Assembly: GCF_009914755.1 (NCBI RefSeq)
Contig: NC_060941.1
Length of the DNA stretch: 64,000 nucleotides
Origin: the human T2T-CHM13v2.0 reference genome, Homo sapiens
Reading direction: 5' to 3' (one strand)
Shown: in pieces, positions 40,950 to 53,420 of the stretch
Layout: each line of letters opens with the position of its first letter
How positions within the stretch are numbered: position 1 is the stretch's first letter
The notes under the pieces: model-generated
Database searches by the model: none
Told to the model about the DNA's origin: nothing
Seen by the model: only the letters and a program-made list of their open reading frames with translations
Translations under genes and position numbers: made by a program

Positions 40950-41330
40950 GTATCTCCTACATTTTATTTTAGCCCTACTGGATTTCTGACAAGTGAGTAA
41001 TTTTTTCTTCTACGACTGTGTTTTGGAAATTCTATTCCTTCCAACTAAAATGGTCAATCTCACTTGTCAAACTATTAATCTTTTACTCTTCATTCATATT
41101 CATAACAAACTATAACCACCTCTTCTAGTCCCTAAAACATCTCCTTAATCAAACTGAAGAACTCCTTTTTTCATATATTCAGGTTTGCTGAGCATGTTCC
41201 TACACATTCTCATCAAGTATTAAAATCATTTACAACTTTATCTCACTTTAAAACTATGAGTTCTCTAAGCACAGTGAATACAATTTTGGTATTTAAGAAG
41301 ATGCTTAATAAATATGGATGCCTGAATGAA
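40950..41330 (+). mobile_element. L2 3' fragment
   Basis: 'ctatgagttctctaagcacag..atgcttaataaatatggatgcctgaatgaa'. Confidence 0.5.
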
Positions 41331-42233
41331 CAGGTGAAAGAAAATTAGATCAGAATCCAACATATGCATAGAACTCTGACCTCTAGAAAAGGATATGATA
41401 TGTCACAAAGCTGTTAATGCATTGTGGTGGTTGTAACATAATATTCTTTTGAGAGTTTTAGCAAAAGTCCTCCTTATGTACAAATGAGTTATAAATAAAA
41501 TCCCCTACCTGAGTAGGATTGAAAATGGGGATTTTATTTATAAAATAAATAGATAAAATCCACCTGAGATTCCGTTGCTACAGATTAAACTCGGTTTATG
41601 AGGCACAGAGAAAATTTTTTACTCTTTTAATGCAATCGAGGAGTCTTTTGCTTAAATTGAAAGCTGTTTTATAAAATCATTTGGTAGCATTAATTAAATT
41701 CAGAGATAATTAATTAATATATGATATTCACATAGCACAGTTCCTAGAATTGATCTAGTTTTAATGGAAATTACAAAGTTTTGCTACACTGCAGTCCAAG
41801 ACTTGATTTGAAAAGAAATACTATGTAATTTATAAGAATTCTGGTAAGAGATAAAAAAAATTCTCACTGTGAATTATATTAGTCACTTTTATTTCAGAAT
41901 GTGAGAGATGATGCTGTGTCTGGAGAATACAGATAGAAGCAGGCAGGAAATATGAGTTGGGGTAGAATTTGAATGTGTAAAACCAGCAGACTTTAAACAT
42001 AGTGCTGAAACACATTTAGCCTTTGCCATGGAATCACTGATGAAATCTAGCCCAAAAGGTTGAAAAGCCCTCCACTCCTTCCCACCTGCCAAAACTTTGT
42101 CATATGTCACAAAAGAAGAGAGTCCCACATTTCTTCTACAATAAGGGAACAGATCTCACTAGGCCAAGAGAAGGGTCTCACCTCTCCTTCCTCTCTGCTA
42201 ACTTTCCACTCTGTTCAGTCAGGCCTTGTTTGT

Positions 42234-42715
42234 TGTATTAGTTTCCTAGAGTGCTGTAACAAATTACCATAAACTGGATGGACTAAGGCAACATCGATTT
42301 ATTCTCTTCTTATTGTGGAAGCCAGAAGTCCAAAATTAAAGCACTGCTGTGCTTCCTCCTAAGACTCTGGAGATAAATCTCTTCTTTTCCTCTTCCAGCT
42401 GCTGGTGGCGCCAGGTGTTGCTTGGCTCTTGGCTGCACCACTCCCATCTCTGCCTGTCTTCATTTTACCTCCTCCTTTTCTCTCTCAAAATTCCATCTGC
42501 TTCTCTCCTAGAAGGATACACGTGATTGCATTTAGGGCTCACTCAGATAATTCAGGGTAAATTCCAGAAGGAGCTCAAGATCCTTAACTTCATCTCATCT
42601 TTTGACATACAAGATAATCCTCACTATTTTGCCCTATAAGGTAATAGTTACATGCTCTGAGGATTAAGACTTAAATATATTTTTGTTGCGGGAGGGCACC
42701 ATTTGACCCACTACA
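42234..42715 (-). mobile_element. MLT1C-like solo LTR
   Basis: 'tgtattagtttcctag..gctgtaacaaattacca' to 'accatttgacccactaca'. Confidence 0.87.
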
Positions 42716-43515
42716 CTTGGATTGATTGCTAGAGTGAAAGAAGTTGTGTTGATGATGGTTGTTTCCTTTGGAGCACATTGCATGTTCACTTTGGGGCATT
42801 GGCCTCTAACCCCATACAGTGGTGAGAATTTCATGGCTTATTGACGATGATGCTGGACAAAAGGCACAACAGCTTCCTTTTACCACTGGCTTCTTGGAAG
42901 CCTGAATGGACCCTGAATACTGCAATAGGCAATATATTAATTAAAGCTGCCTAGAATAACCTTTCATGTTGAGTGCCCCTTCCTTGTTCCTACATCCCCA
43001 TGAAATCTGTGACGATCTCTGCATTTGATGGATATTAAGTATCTATGTTTCCATTGCAAGCTTCTGTGGGATAAAAATTATACCTTCTTTATACTTATTT
43101 AATTAGCATCTCACCTCTCGCCTACTGCATTAATTGTTTTTTAGTGAGTGTGTGTTGAACTAAGCTGAATTGCATCTAAGTTAGGTTTAGCAAGGCATCT
43201 AGAGTCTTGAGAAAAGTATGGCCAGTGTGAGAACAGCATTAGAGAATCTCTCACCCTTTTACTCCTCAAGATAAAAGTGTCTTTCTTCTAGGATGTACAT
43301 GGCATTAGAGATGATCTTGTCTTTTTCTGTTACTCTATTTATTGGTTTTTCTTCTTTCTGGCTGAGACGTATTGATTGCCAGCCATTCTCAAATCACATG
43401 TGATGTTGATTCCTCTTTCTTAGCAAACATGCAGTCATAGAAATTACTGAGGAATTGATTGATTTTGTGGTTGTAAATATCCTGGGCTGTTTCCCTTAAA
43501 TTATATGGAAGTTTC

Positions 43516-43718
43516 CCTCTTGATGCTTGTATTGAGAAGTGATCTAAAGAGGAAACCAGAGCTAGAGACAGTGCTCCCACTCCATGTATTTCCATATATA
43601 ATGGATAGCGTTATTTCCTCTTGATGCTTGTATTGAGAAGTGATGTAAAGAGGAAACCAGAGCTACAGACAGTGCTCCCACTCCATGTATTTCCATATAT
43701 AATGGATAGCATTATTTC
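43516..43718. repeat. 101-bp tandem duplication (2 copies, 3 mismatches)
   Basis: cctcttgatgcttg...atggatagc(g/a)ttattt starts at 43516 and 43617. Confidence 0.97.
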
Positions 43719-46665
43719 TATTGACATTTTCTGCCCCTTTACTTTTTGCCTGTGAATTATCTCAGTGTATTATTAGGCCCAATAATTTAATGTGATAGAT
43801 TCAAAGGGAATAAAACAATTAAACAAAATAGCAGGAATTTCAAGTAATTACTGCTGAAAATCAGAATTTACAGACCCCAATACCTTGAAAACATACAATT
43901 AGCATTCAGAATAATTTTATGATGTACCTGATTTGTGTTTCAGGGAAGATAAATGTTTTCTTTAGATATGAGTTCCAAAGAAAAACACCATCACATCTAT
44001 CCATTTCTAGTTCAGTACATTAGGAGAACTGTCTTGTCACAAGACTTGTCTTAGAAAGACTGACCCTGTCCCCATGAGAAACACTGTCAATTCAGAGACT
44101 AATAGAACACTTAAAGCCATTTGTTTCCCCAACATCTCATTTTTATTTCTATACAAAGCTGCAGTCATTTTAACAAGTTGAGAAGAGAGGATTAGAACAA
44201 TTCTGTTAGGTAATGAGACCCAGTTCCGTAAAGCTTTTCTCATCAATCAATCTCTTTAATTTAAGGTTGCATTATATGGCATTAAAGGAATCTCCTTCAT
44301 GCTTATTATCCTCACCTACCTAGTGAGAAAAGGCTTACGTGGAACAATAAGGATGGAAATGGGAAAAGGAAGACAAAGGTAAAAACTTGGTGGCTAAGGG
44401 TTAGGGTGCTAAGAGACTGCAGACAGGAATCCAAAGCTTAATTCCTATGACAAAAGCAGACCTATGGATTTAGACAGGACAACAAAACAGGAAATGCCTG
44501 TTCCAAAAAGGACAAAAGTGGGATAAAGGAAATATGCAGGTGGGTTCTAGGTTAAAGCCAATAGCGACTAACAGGGGACTGATACAGAAGCAGGACTGGA
44601 AAGCAATAATTGAGTCTAGTGAGCAGCCTCAGTTTCTCCTGATCAGAAGCCCACGTTTATTTGGGAACATTTTCTGTACTCATGTGTATTGCTGCGCATG
44701 ACTCCAAATCCCAAACCAGATTTTAGCAGTTCACAGAACTTGATAACAAGTACGGTACCACTAACAAAGCAATGAGGCTCAAAGACCCCATGGCTATTTC
44801 GGCTATTTCTGTAACTTCTTTTTCATTTGACACTTCTTCAACTCTCATACCAGAAATTTCACTATTGCAAATCACTTGTTTCCAGACAAACACCAATTAC
44901 TCTCTTAATCTTCCTGTGATGAGGGAGCTTGTCTAATTTAACCATTTCTTCTCTGAGCCTGACCTTTCATTGTCTTCAAGCAAACAAAAGGTTTTTCTGG
45001 CTTTGCTCTTCAAATAAATCACTCTGAGAAGTTGATAAAGTAAAGTTCTTTGGGCTTGTTGTTGGATATGCTTTCACTCCTCTTATATGGTAATTTTCAA
45101 CCATGCTTTTATTATGCTTACCTTTGCTAAAGAAACTGTCAGCAATTTAGCTAAATATTTTAACAGTGGTGAATCTAGAATAGGCTATTTCTTCTGAAGA
45201 GTTGCTGCTTTTGGAGGCCTGGGGCTATTCCAGATACTTCTGACTATCCTAAAGCTTCATGGCCCAAGGAATCAGACTGAAATTATAATCAAGTCCTACA
45301 TGGTACTGAGGGTTTCTTTAATCATTTAAAAACAGGACTTTAGCAAAAACATAAATGGTTTTCTATGACACTAGAGTGAAATTTGCATATAATCAACCTA
45401 ATAAATTCTTATACATTATAACTTTTTTACTAAGTATTTGACAGTTTGCCTACTAGTTAATAGTTTGACACTCTAGTCAATATTGTAAGAACCAAGGCAG
45501 TGACAGATCATGATACATTTTAAAGTGCTGAAGTAAGGAAGAAAAAAAAATGTTTTGTCTCAAAAAAATTACTCTGAAGACAGATTAATTACATAAGAGG
45601 AAGTTGGAGTTGGCTCTAATTTCTACCCATGGTTTTTGAATCAGTTTTATAGAACTTTAAATGTTCAAGTTTTCTACCCTATAACTTTTTTATTCTATCT
45701 GATTTTGATGAGAATGGGAAGATTAAATGCTAAAATCTTAAAAGGAAATATATTACTTTTTCATATTGTACCTGAATCCAAGAATCTGAAAACTCCTGGA
45801 TACCTGTGAAATACTTGGATTGACCTTGCAGGTAGATTAAAAAATACCTATCAGTGGGCAAATACGTTTCCATAATATCACCCATTTCAAAACCAAATAG
45901 AGAATGATACAGGTAATATTGCTAGCCAAGAAATATTGAAAGTCATTACTGAAGCTTGGTTTCATCCTTCTTGCTTCCTGCTATTTACCAAACATGAGTA
46001 TTTTCTATATGACTTTTCATCAACCATTCTCATAATTCACCAGACTCACCCTGTTTCTTTCCTATCATTACCCCTGGGGAAAAAAAGCAGCTTTATATTT
46101 TTGCATGAAGACTAATATTCTTAAATGCTAATAAACGGAACTTGAGTTATTATAATATAAAATACTACACCAATTGTATCTCAGTATATCAAACAGTCTT
46201 ATTTGTCTTGACACATGGTATTTTGCTAATGGAGGAGATGGTCAAATGCAGTTATTCTTGGTCATAACATATTACTTATTCCATTGAATAATGTAATGAA
46301 ATAGCTCCTTTTAATGTGAAAAAAATTGTAAATGGTTCCATAGCAGACATTTTAACAATTTAGCTTTTACGTTTCATTAGCAGTTAAAATAAATGAAAGT
46401 AAAATATTTATTTACAAAAAACAAATCAACTTGAAGTCTAAAATATATTAGAATTAATGTGGGAAATATGTTTACCTTTGTAAATTAAGCTCTTTGCATT
46501 TTCAATCATCTAACCTATTAACACAGCTGTCCTAGTCACACAGAGAACTCAGAGCAGGACTCAGTCATGAGGAAATCTCAAAAACTTTGCAAATACATAA
46601 AATGTAATTCCTACATTAGCATAAACAGCCCATGTATACAGGGATATGGGTTGTGTTCAACTGTT

Positions 46666-47092
46666 TATATTAGGCTGTTCTTGCATTGCTATAAAGAAAT
46701 ACCCGAGACTGTGTAAGTTATAAAGAAAAGAAATATAATTGGCTCACAGTTCTTCAGCCTTTACAGGAAGTACGGTGCTGGCATCAGCTCAGCTTCTAGG
46801 AGGCCTCAGGAAGGCTTATAATTATGGTGGAAGGCAAAGGGGCTGCAGGTATGTCACATGACAAAAGCAAGAAAGAGAGAGGGAGGGAGGTGCCACACAT
46901 TTTTAAACTACCAGCTCTTGTATGAGCTCATAGCGAGAGCTCACTTATCACCAAGAGAATTCACTTATCACCAGCCATTCATGAAGAAACCACCCCCATG
47001 ATTCAAACACCTCTTACCAGGCCCCACCTCCATCCCTGGGGATTACATTTCAACATGAAATTCAAGCAAGGACAAATATCCAAACGACATCA
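46666..47092 (-). mobile_element. MST (A/B) MaLR solo LTR
   Basis: 'tattaggctgttcttgcattgctataaagaaatacccgagact' ... 'gacaaatatccaaacgacatca'; flanking actgtt at 46660-46665 and 47093-47098. Confidence 0.92.
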
Positions 47093-48073
47093 ACTGTTGA
47101 CAGTTTTCTTTGCTCAGTAATGTCAAATGGCACTCCTAACTGAGCCTTCACAACTATACATCCCTGGTTGCAGTAGACTTACTCAGAAAATTTTGAAAAT
47201 GAATCTTTACAATCTTCAAAAAACACAACTGACTTGGCAAAAAAGATATTATAGGACATTAATTTATGAAATATCCTCTTTTTTTCATATTTGTTCTGAG
47301 TTTTGCTTTTGGTATTGGCAAGGAAGGTAGGTATTTCGATGGCAAAAATCCAAATCTGTTATTTTCATTAGATAGACGTGTAGCAAAAGAAATGAGTCTG
47401 GTAGGATTCCTATTCCTTCTATATGCACTTTCCAAAAATATAGCAATCTACTTGTAGCCCATAAGTAGATTTCTAAGCCATCTTTGTTGATTAAAGCATG
47501 TTACTAATGAGTTCATATTACTGATTGTGATGTGTCAGTTTCCTTCACTTTACTTCATAATGTCAAATTGCACATCTAGCTTAACATTCACAGCTATTCA
47601 TACCTGGTAACTTTCAAAATGTTGGTTTCCTCAGTAAAAATGCATTAATGTGTGTTTGCAGGGCTAAAAAATGAAGAAAAGAAAAGGAAAGCCCTCAAAA
47701 GACATCAATGGCATTCTAATATTTGTCTCAAATTACAAAAAATTGAAATAATTCAAGAACTTAAAAATGATGATTTAATTATTACATTTGTAAGCAAAAT
47801 ATATGATGCACATGTAAACAAAGTGAAGAATTGAGATAGATTGCCTGATAATGCAAGAGAAACAGCAGATTTAAAATATGCACAAGTACTACTTACTTTG
47901 GTCCATTTGCAGTTAAAAAGAAAATGTTTACATACCCACCTCCCTTACTGCCAACCGTGTATATTCCAATATGTTCTCTCTCTCTTAAACTCAGCACTGA
48001 GTTCCTTTTATTATTTATGGTGCACTAAGTGTCCGAACTCAGGTCTTCCCACCCAAAGAAAAGCACCCTATAC

Positions 48074-48229
48074 CAGTGGCTTTCAAATTTGAGCTTACAT
48101 CTGAATCACTTCATTAAAACACAAATGTCTGCCATTACTTTAGAGTTTTGGATCAACAATTCACATTTTTAACAGGTTTCCAGCAATGCTGATGCTGCCG
48201 GTCCAGGGGCCACACTTTGAGAACCACTG
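48074..48229. mobile_element. MER5A (hAT-Charlie MITE)
   Basis: CAGTGG...CCACTG TIRs; perfect 8-bp TSD ccctatac at 48066-48073 and 48230-48237. Confidence 0.92.
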
Positions 48230-49162
48230 CCCTATACTTAACTATCCTGAGTTTGAGGAGGTAGGCCTTATCTCAAATATTCTCATCAAATTACCCTGTA
48301 AGATTATTATTTCTTATTAGATGCTGAAGTGTTGGGATGGTGGAGGTTCATAAAATAAGGATAAGACATAAAAATGAACAAAGTTACTTTCTTCTTTCTT
48401 TCTCATTCTTTTTTTTTTTTGTCCACCCTCCTCTCCACCTCCAAGACAGCTAATTCTAGCCTATTAAGGATATGTAATCTAAAAGAAAATTCACACTACA
48501 ATGTAAATGGCTGACTTGGAGCTGTATGAAGTGCATTAAGCACATTCACTTGTTAAAGAGCAGCTTGTTAAATGGATTGATCCTTCAATCATAAGTTTTA
48601 GCCAACTAGATTATTAAGAGCAGGAAGCCTTTCTGAAATCCAACTGATCTCTTTATCCTCTCAATTTTGTCTGGAGAAGCTCTTTTTTGGGTGGGAGGGG
48701 AAAATACAAACACTTCCCACTTACTATTGATACAGATAACCCAGTAAGAACCAATTTTCAGCAGTGCTTCTAAGTGACAATAGAAGGTAATACATTAGGC
48801 CTTACTCCTCAGCTCATCCATTGGTATGAGGCTGAAGTAAAGGTGATAGCCACTTCAACATCCCTTTGGGCCTGTTTTCTCCCTCTACAAAGCTGAATTA
48901 GTTTTGCTTCTCTAGTGAGTGAAGAGCTTCTCTGTGCCCCAAAAGAGGAAAGGCAGCTAAAGATTTAAAAGAATAAAAGAATGCATGTAAAAACTGTACT
49001 AAAGTAAATAAGAAAATAGATAAAAATAAATGACAGATAGATAGACCGACAAGACATACCTGTTTTTTGTCTATATCTGGTTGGATAGTGCCAAGAATTA
49101 AAAGCAAAAGAGAATGAATTGCAAAAATTTCCTACTAAGAACTAAAAACAAAAAGTAACTTT

Positions 49163-49288
49163 TGTTCGTTTGTTTGTTTTGTTTGTTTGTTTTTTGAGAC
49201 GGAGTCTGGCTCTGTCGCCAAGGCTGGAGTGCAGTGGCGCGAACTCGGCTCACTGCAAGCTCCGCCTCCCGGGTTCACGCCATTCTCC
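49163..49288 (-). mobile_element. Heavily 5'-truncated young AluY
   Basis: CpG-rich; perfect 19-bp TSD aaaaacaaaaagtaacttt at 49144-49162 and 49289-49307. Confidence 0.95.
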
Positions 49289-51029
49289 AAAAACAAAAAG
49301 TAACTTTGAATCTTCCAAAAATGTTTAAAGGACCACAAAAGTAATAAGATAAACTTTGTCAACTTTTCTAGAAACTAGCTGATATAAATATATTCGCCTC
49401 ATTTTTTAACATTAAATAAATTGTAAAATACACATTAAGTTGAATTCTTCTTTACTCTCTTTTCTAGTCCCTTCTCTTTCTCTAGATGTACTCACTATCA
49501 TGAATTTTCTATGTATCTTACTTATACTTTTACTCCATTTATATGCATCCATGGAAATATACAATATTCATTAGTTAATGCTTCATAAATAGTTTTAAAA
49601 ATATTATTCTTCATTCTTTTTAAATATTTCTTTTCCTCACACACAAAATGAATTTCATATTAAATAAAAGAATAATATATCTTTCCCAACTTCCCCTTCT
49701 TTGACAATTTTTTAATTCAAGCCACTCTTACATACGTGTTTGTCTGATAAGTGAACTCTCTTTAAGCATCTCCAATTTTCACAGAGCATGAGAACTTACA
49801 TACAAATTAACATTCTTGCTCCTCATTTTTATTCATTATACTTTTCTATTAGCAGGTTTATTTGAAAAAAAAAAAAAAAAACTGGAATACATCAAGAGCA
49901 ACCAGGCTATATTGGAAGGGGCCTTCTCTTCTGTCTTTCTCGTTATTTAGGTAGTGGCAAATACATTAGCAATTGACAACCTATGGAAAATTTCTACCAG
50001 TTGACAAAGGGAAAAGTCCCAGTCCCTCCTCACTTAACATTCTAAACTGTTGACTGCACTCAAGATGCACCTAAGATGAAACAATGTCAGTTGCCTAAAG
50101 ACATGATTATAAAAAAAATGTGGACCTCAGTTGTGTGTGTGATTTATTTTCATCTCCAAACACTCATCCCTGACTTGTAATGCAGAATTAAGAGAACACT
50201 GAATTCAAATTAAAGATCATGCAAACAAGATGCTTAGTCTAATCATTTTCACTTCATTATAGCGAAGTCTTGTTAGGGACCCAAAAGTATGAATTTGTGA
50301 TTTCAAGCCTACCAAATACATTTATAATTCCACAAATGTATGCTATAAAAATTGTAGGCACATATTTTCTTCCCAAATTTGCTAAAATCATAGAGTTAAC
50401 ACTAGTTTTCCTCTTTTTGTAGAACACATTCCTAGGGAAAGATATACTCTTTAGATAGATATGAAATTTAAGCAACTTTAACCACATTTACTTCCCGTGT
50501 ATTTAAATTCAGAAAAAGCTGTATGAAAAAGAGTAGGTGAATACTACCCCTGTTCATTTTGATTTGATTGATTTGATTTTGGAATGTTACATCATTATTC
50601 CCATTTAAGAACTTTTGCTCATATGGAAAGAAATTTGAAATGGAAGATATAAGGGCTAATTTCCATTCCTAGGTCTCCCATTGATCATCACTATGATAAT
50701 AAAAATACAATTATCACTTTTAAAATGTTAAATATTGTTAACATTATAATAATTATTTCATTTTATTTTACTACAATGTATGTCTTGTATGAAATATCAT
50801 GTGTAAGTAATATTTTTCTACATAGTATCTAGGATAAGACACAATGAGCTTGAGCTTCAGTTTTTTTATCTGCTTAAAGATCTTAGACTTAATAGACTGG
50901 GTGCTTTCAGATCCCTTCTGGCACTACCAATCTTTGATTCTAATCCACAACTCCATCTGTCTCTGATATCCATTTGATAGAATAAAATTCAGTAATCCAA
51001 ACTGAAATAATAGAAGACTGATGAATTTT

Positions 51030-51230
51030 GAATAATAATAGTCCCCATGTATTAAAAGCCCATTGTGCTCCTTGCAATTTTATATCTAATCCTAATGACA
51101 ACTTTGCAAAGCAGTTGAGATTACATTTATTTTATCAATTTTTTTAAAAGGAAGCTCAAGTAGTTTACTAATATCCCCAATATCATTCAGGTAGTAAAGG
51201 GAATAATCAGCATTGGTATATTGCCACATC
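51030..51230 (-). mobile_element. MIR
   Basis: 'catgtattaaaagcccattgtgc..atctaatcctaatgacaactttgcaaagcag..ggaagctcaag'. Confidence 0.55.
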
Positions 51231-51262
51231 TTCCACCTCTCCTGCCCTTTTGTTCCAGTGTA

Positions 51263-51536
51263 CAGTTAGCCCTTCATATCTGCAGATTCAACCAACCACA
51301 GTGAAAATATTAAAAATTCAAATACAAATTTTTAAAATATAGTATAACAACTTTATATAGCATTTACATTATATTAAATATTATAAGTAATATAAAGATG
51401 ATTTAAAGTATACAGGAGGATGTGCATAAGTTATATGTGAACACTTCAAAATTTTATAGGAGGGTCTTGAGCACTCACAGATTTTGGTATCCGCAGGTTT
51501 CTGGAATCAATTCCCTATTGATACAAGGAAGGACTA
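51263..51536. mobile_element. Tigger3a-type (TcMar-Tigger) MITE
   Basis: 'cagttagcccttcatatctgcagattcaaccaacc..gatgatttaaagtatacaggaggatgtgcata..gattttggtatccgc'. Confidence 0.85.
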
Positions 51537-52568
51537 CATTGCTACTCTTCATACCCAGTCCCCAAATTTATACAATATACTTTCTTTGCTCATCATTTTT
51601 TTATTCTCTTTTTCACAACATTTACCAAGTCCCCAACACTATTCCTTAGATGTGAAAAGTAGTTGTCTCTAAATTCTCATCAGAAATGCAATTTGTATCT
51701 GGATCTAGTCGAGTTAATAGCACTAATCAGGAAAGTGAACATGGTTGGGTAATTTTCATTAGACCTCAGCTACTCTTCAGGTATACAGCAGATAGAAACT
51801 CTCAATAATAAAGGTTTACAAATACTGAAGAGATAATTTATTCCATAAGAAAAGGCTTAAATCTTATTGAGATGGAAAAAAGACCTCATTTCATGCTACA
51901 AGAAGAGGAAGCTTTAAAAAGTGAGTGATTTTAATATATTATTTAATATAGTAATAACATACTTGTATAGTAATTCACAGTTCATAGAAATATTGAAACT
52001 ATAGATAACATTTTAATCTCTTAATGGTTGGAAAACAAAACCAGCATTAATGGGAAATAATATCTGAAGTCACATTTAAACTATTATAGGAAGGTGTTTC
52101 TACCAGGTTCTTTTTAGTTTTCAATATGTTTTACAGAGAAAATTATTAAGCTTATTTCTTCAAATATCAACAAATTATGCTCTTTTCTTATCTGATTGCC
52201 TTACATTTTCTTTATTCCCAGCTTGATGTTACACATTAAAGCAAGATGATATGTAGGAAGAACCTAATTTATAGATCATTGCGTTTGTACTCTTCTGGGC
52301 ATTTGGACCATTGTAATTATTGTAACTAACAGAAATGCAATATAGATGATCACTACTCCAATTTATTATTGAGAATGTGATGAGTCAGTAGTATTAAACT
52401 AGGCAGGATGTAACTGGTTAAGGGAAGACACAGCACACTGATCCTTCCATGTAAAGTGAGTTTGATGCTACTCTTTATTGAAAAGGACATAAATTAAAGA
52501 CAAAGAGAGTCTAAGTGCACAAAGTAGGCACCCATTTAAGACTCCTTCCTTAAGATTATAATAATACA

Positions 52569-52648
52569 TTAGGATTGGTAGAAAAGTAATTGTGGTTTCA
52601 CTATTACTTTTAGAAGCAGAAACCACAATTATTTTTGCACCAACCTAA
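52569..52648. mobile_element. MADE1 (Hsmar1-derived palindromic MITE)
   Basis: ttagg.ttggt..aaaagtaattgtggttt ... aaaccacaattatttttgcaccaacctaa followed by TA. Confidence 0.93.
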
Positions 52649-52689
52649 TACTAATTTATGTACTAAAAATGCACACAAATGTTTATAAT

Positions 52690-53000
52690 ATCTGGGAACC
52701 ATTAACCACCCTGCTGAGAAACAACATGTATGAAGAAACTTCGCTTTTTATTGAAGGATTTTCTGCTTAGAACTATGATCATGAGCATGCCGGAGGACAA
52801 AAGCCAACTCTAAACACAATAGAACAAAAAGAATGAAAACAACAAACAACCCGAAGAAATTATACATCTTCTGAATTAATCAACTCTGAAACCATCTACC
52901 TCTGTACTTCTTGATATGGTAGATAGTAAGTTAATCATCATTTCAGTCATTTTTAGTCAGTCTTTCTGAAGCAGAAGAAAAGTGTCACTATGGATGCAGT
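52690..53000 (+). mobile_element. Old MLT1 LTR 3' fragment
   Basis: 'tgaattaatcaactctgaaaccatctacctctgtacttcttg' MLT1J/K-like. Confidence 0.5.
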
Positions 53001-53324
53001 ATATCTCTGGAAAATAATAACAATTTATTTTACAGCAAACTTGAGTTTGTCTAAATTGAGCACTTTGCCTGCTATATTTACTTTGTTCTATTTCAGATAC
53101 ATGTATTGCTAGAAGCTATCATGTTTTACTATCTTTAAAATTGTACAACACAAAATGCCTTGTTGCAATGACATCTAATGCTCAAGAATAACTTTTCTGT
53201 CTGTTCTTCTCTCACCCTTTCCTCCAATTCCTGCAATTACAGCAGCAGACATGGCTTTTAGGAGGAAGGGGACAAATTTAGGCTGAGGGCTACCTCAAAA
53301 TATTTTCCAAAAGTTCCACCACTA

Positions 53325-53420
53325 CTATATTATTATTATTATTATCATTATTATTAGAAGAAGAAGGAGAATAGCAGAAAAGTAGGAAGAAAAGAAAGAG
53401 AAAAGGAGGAAGAGGAAGCA
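53325..53420. repeat. (TAT)n followed by GA-rich low-complexity tract
   Basis: Direct read. Confidence 0.8.

Noticed and set aside
43516-43718. Direct repeat considered as CRISPR-like or as an LTR pair
   Set aside because: Two abutting copies with no spacer and no TG..CA ends, in a eukaryotic context; a simple tandem duplication.
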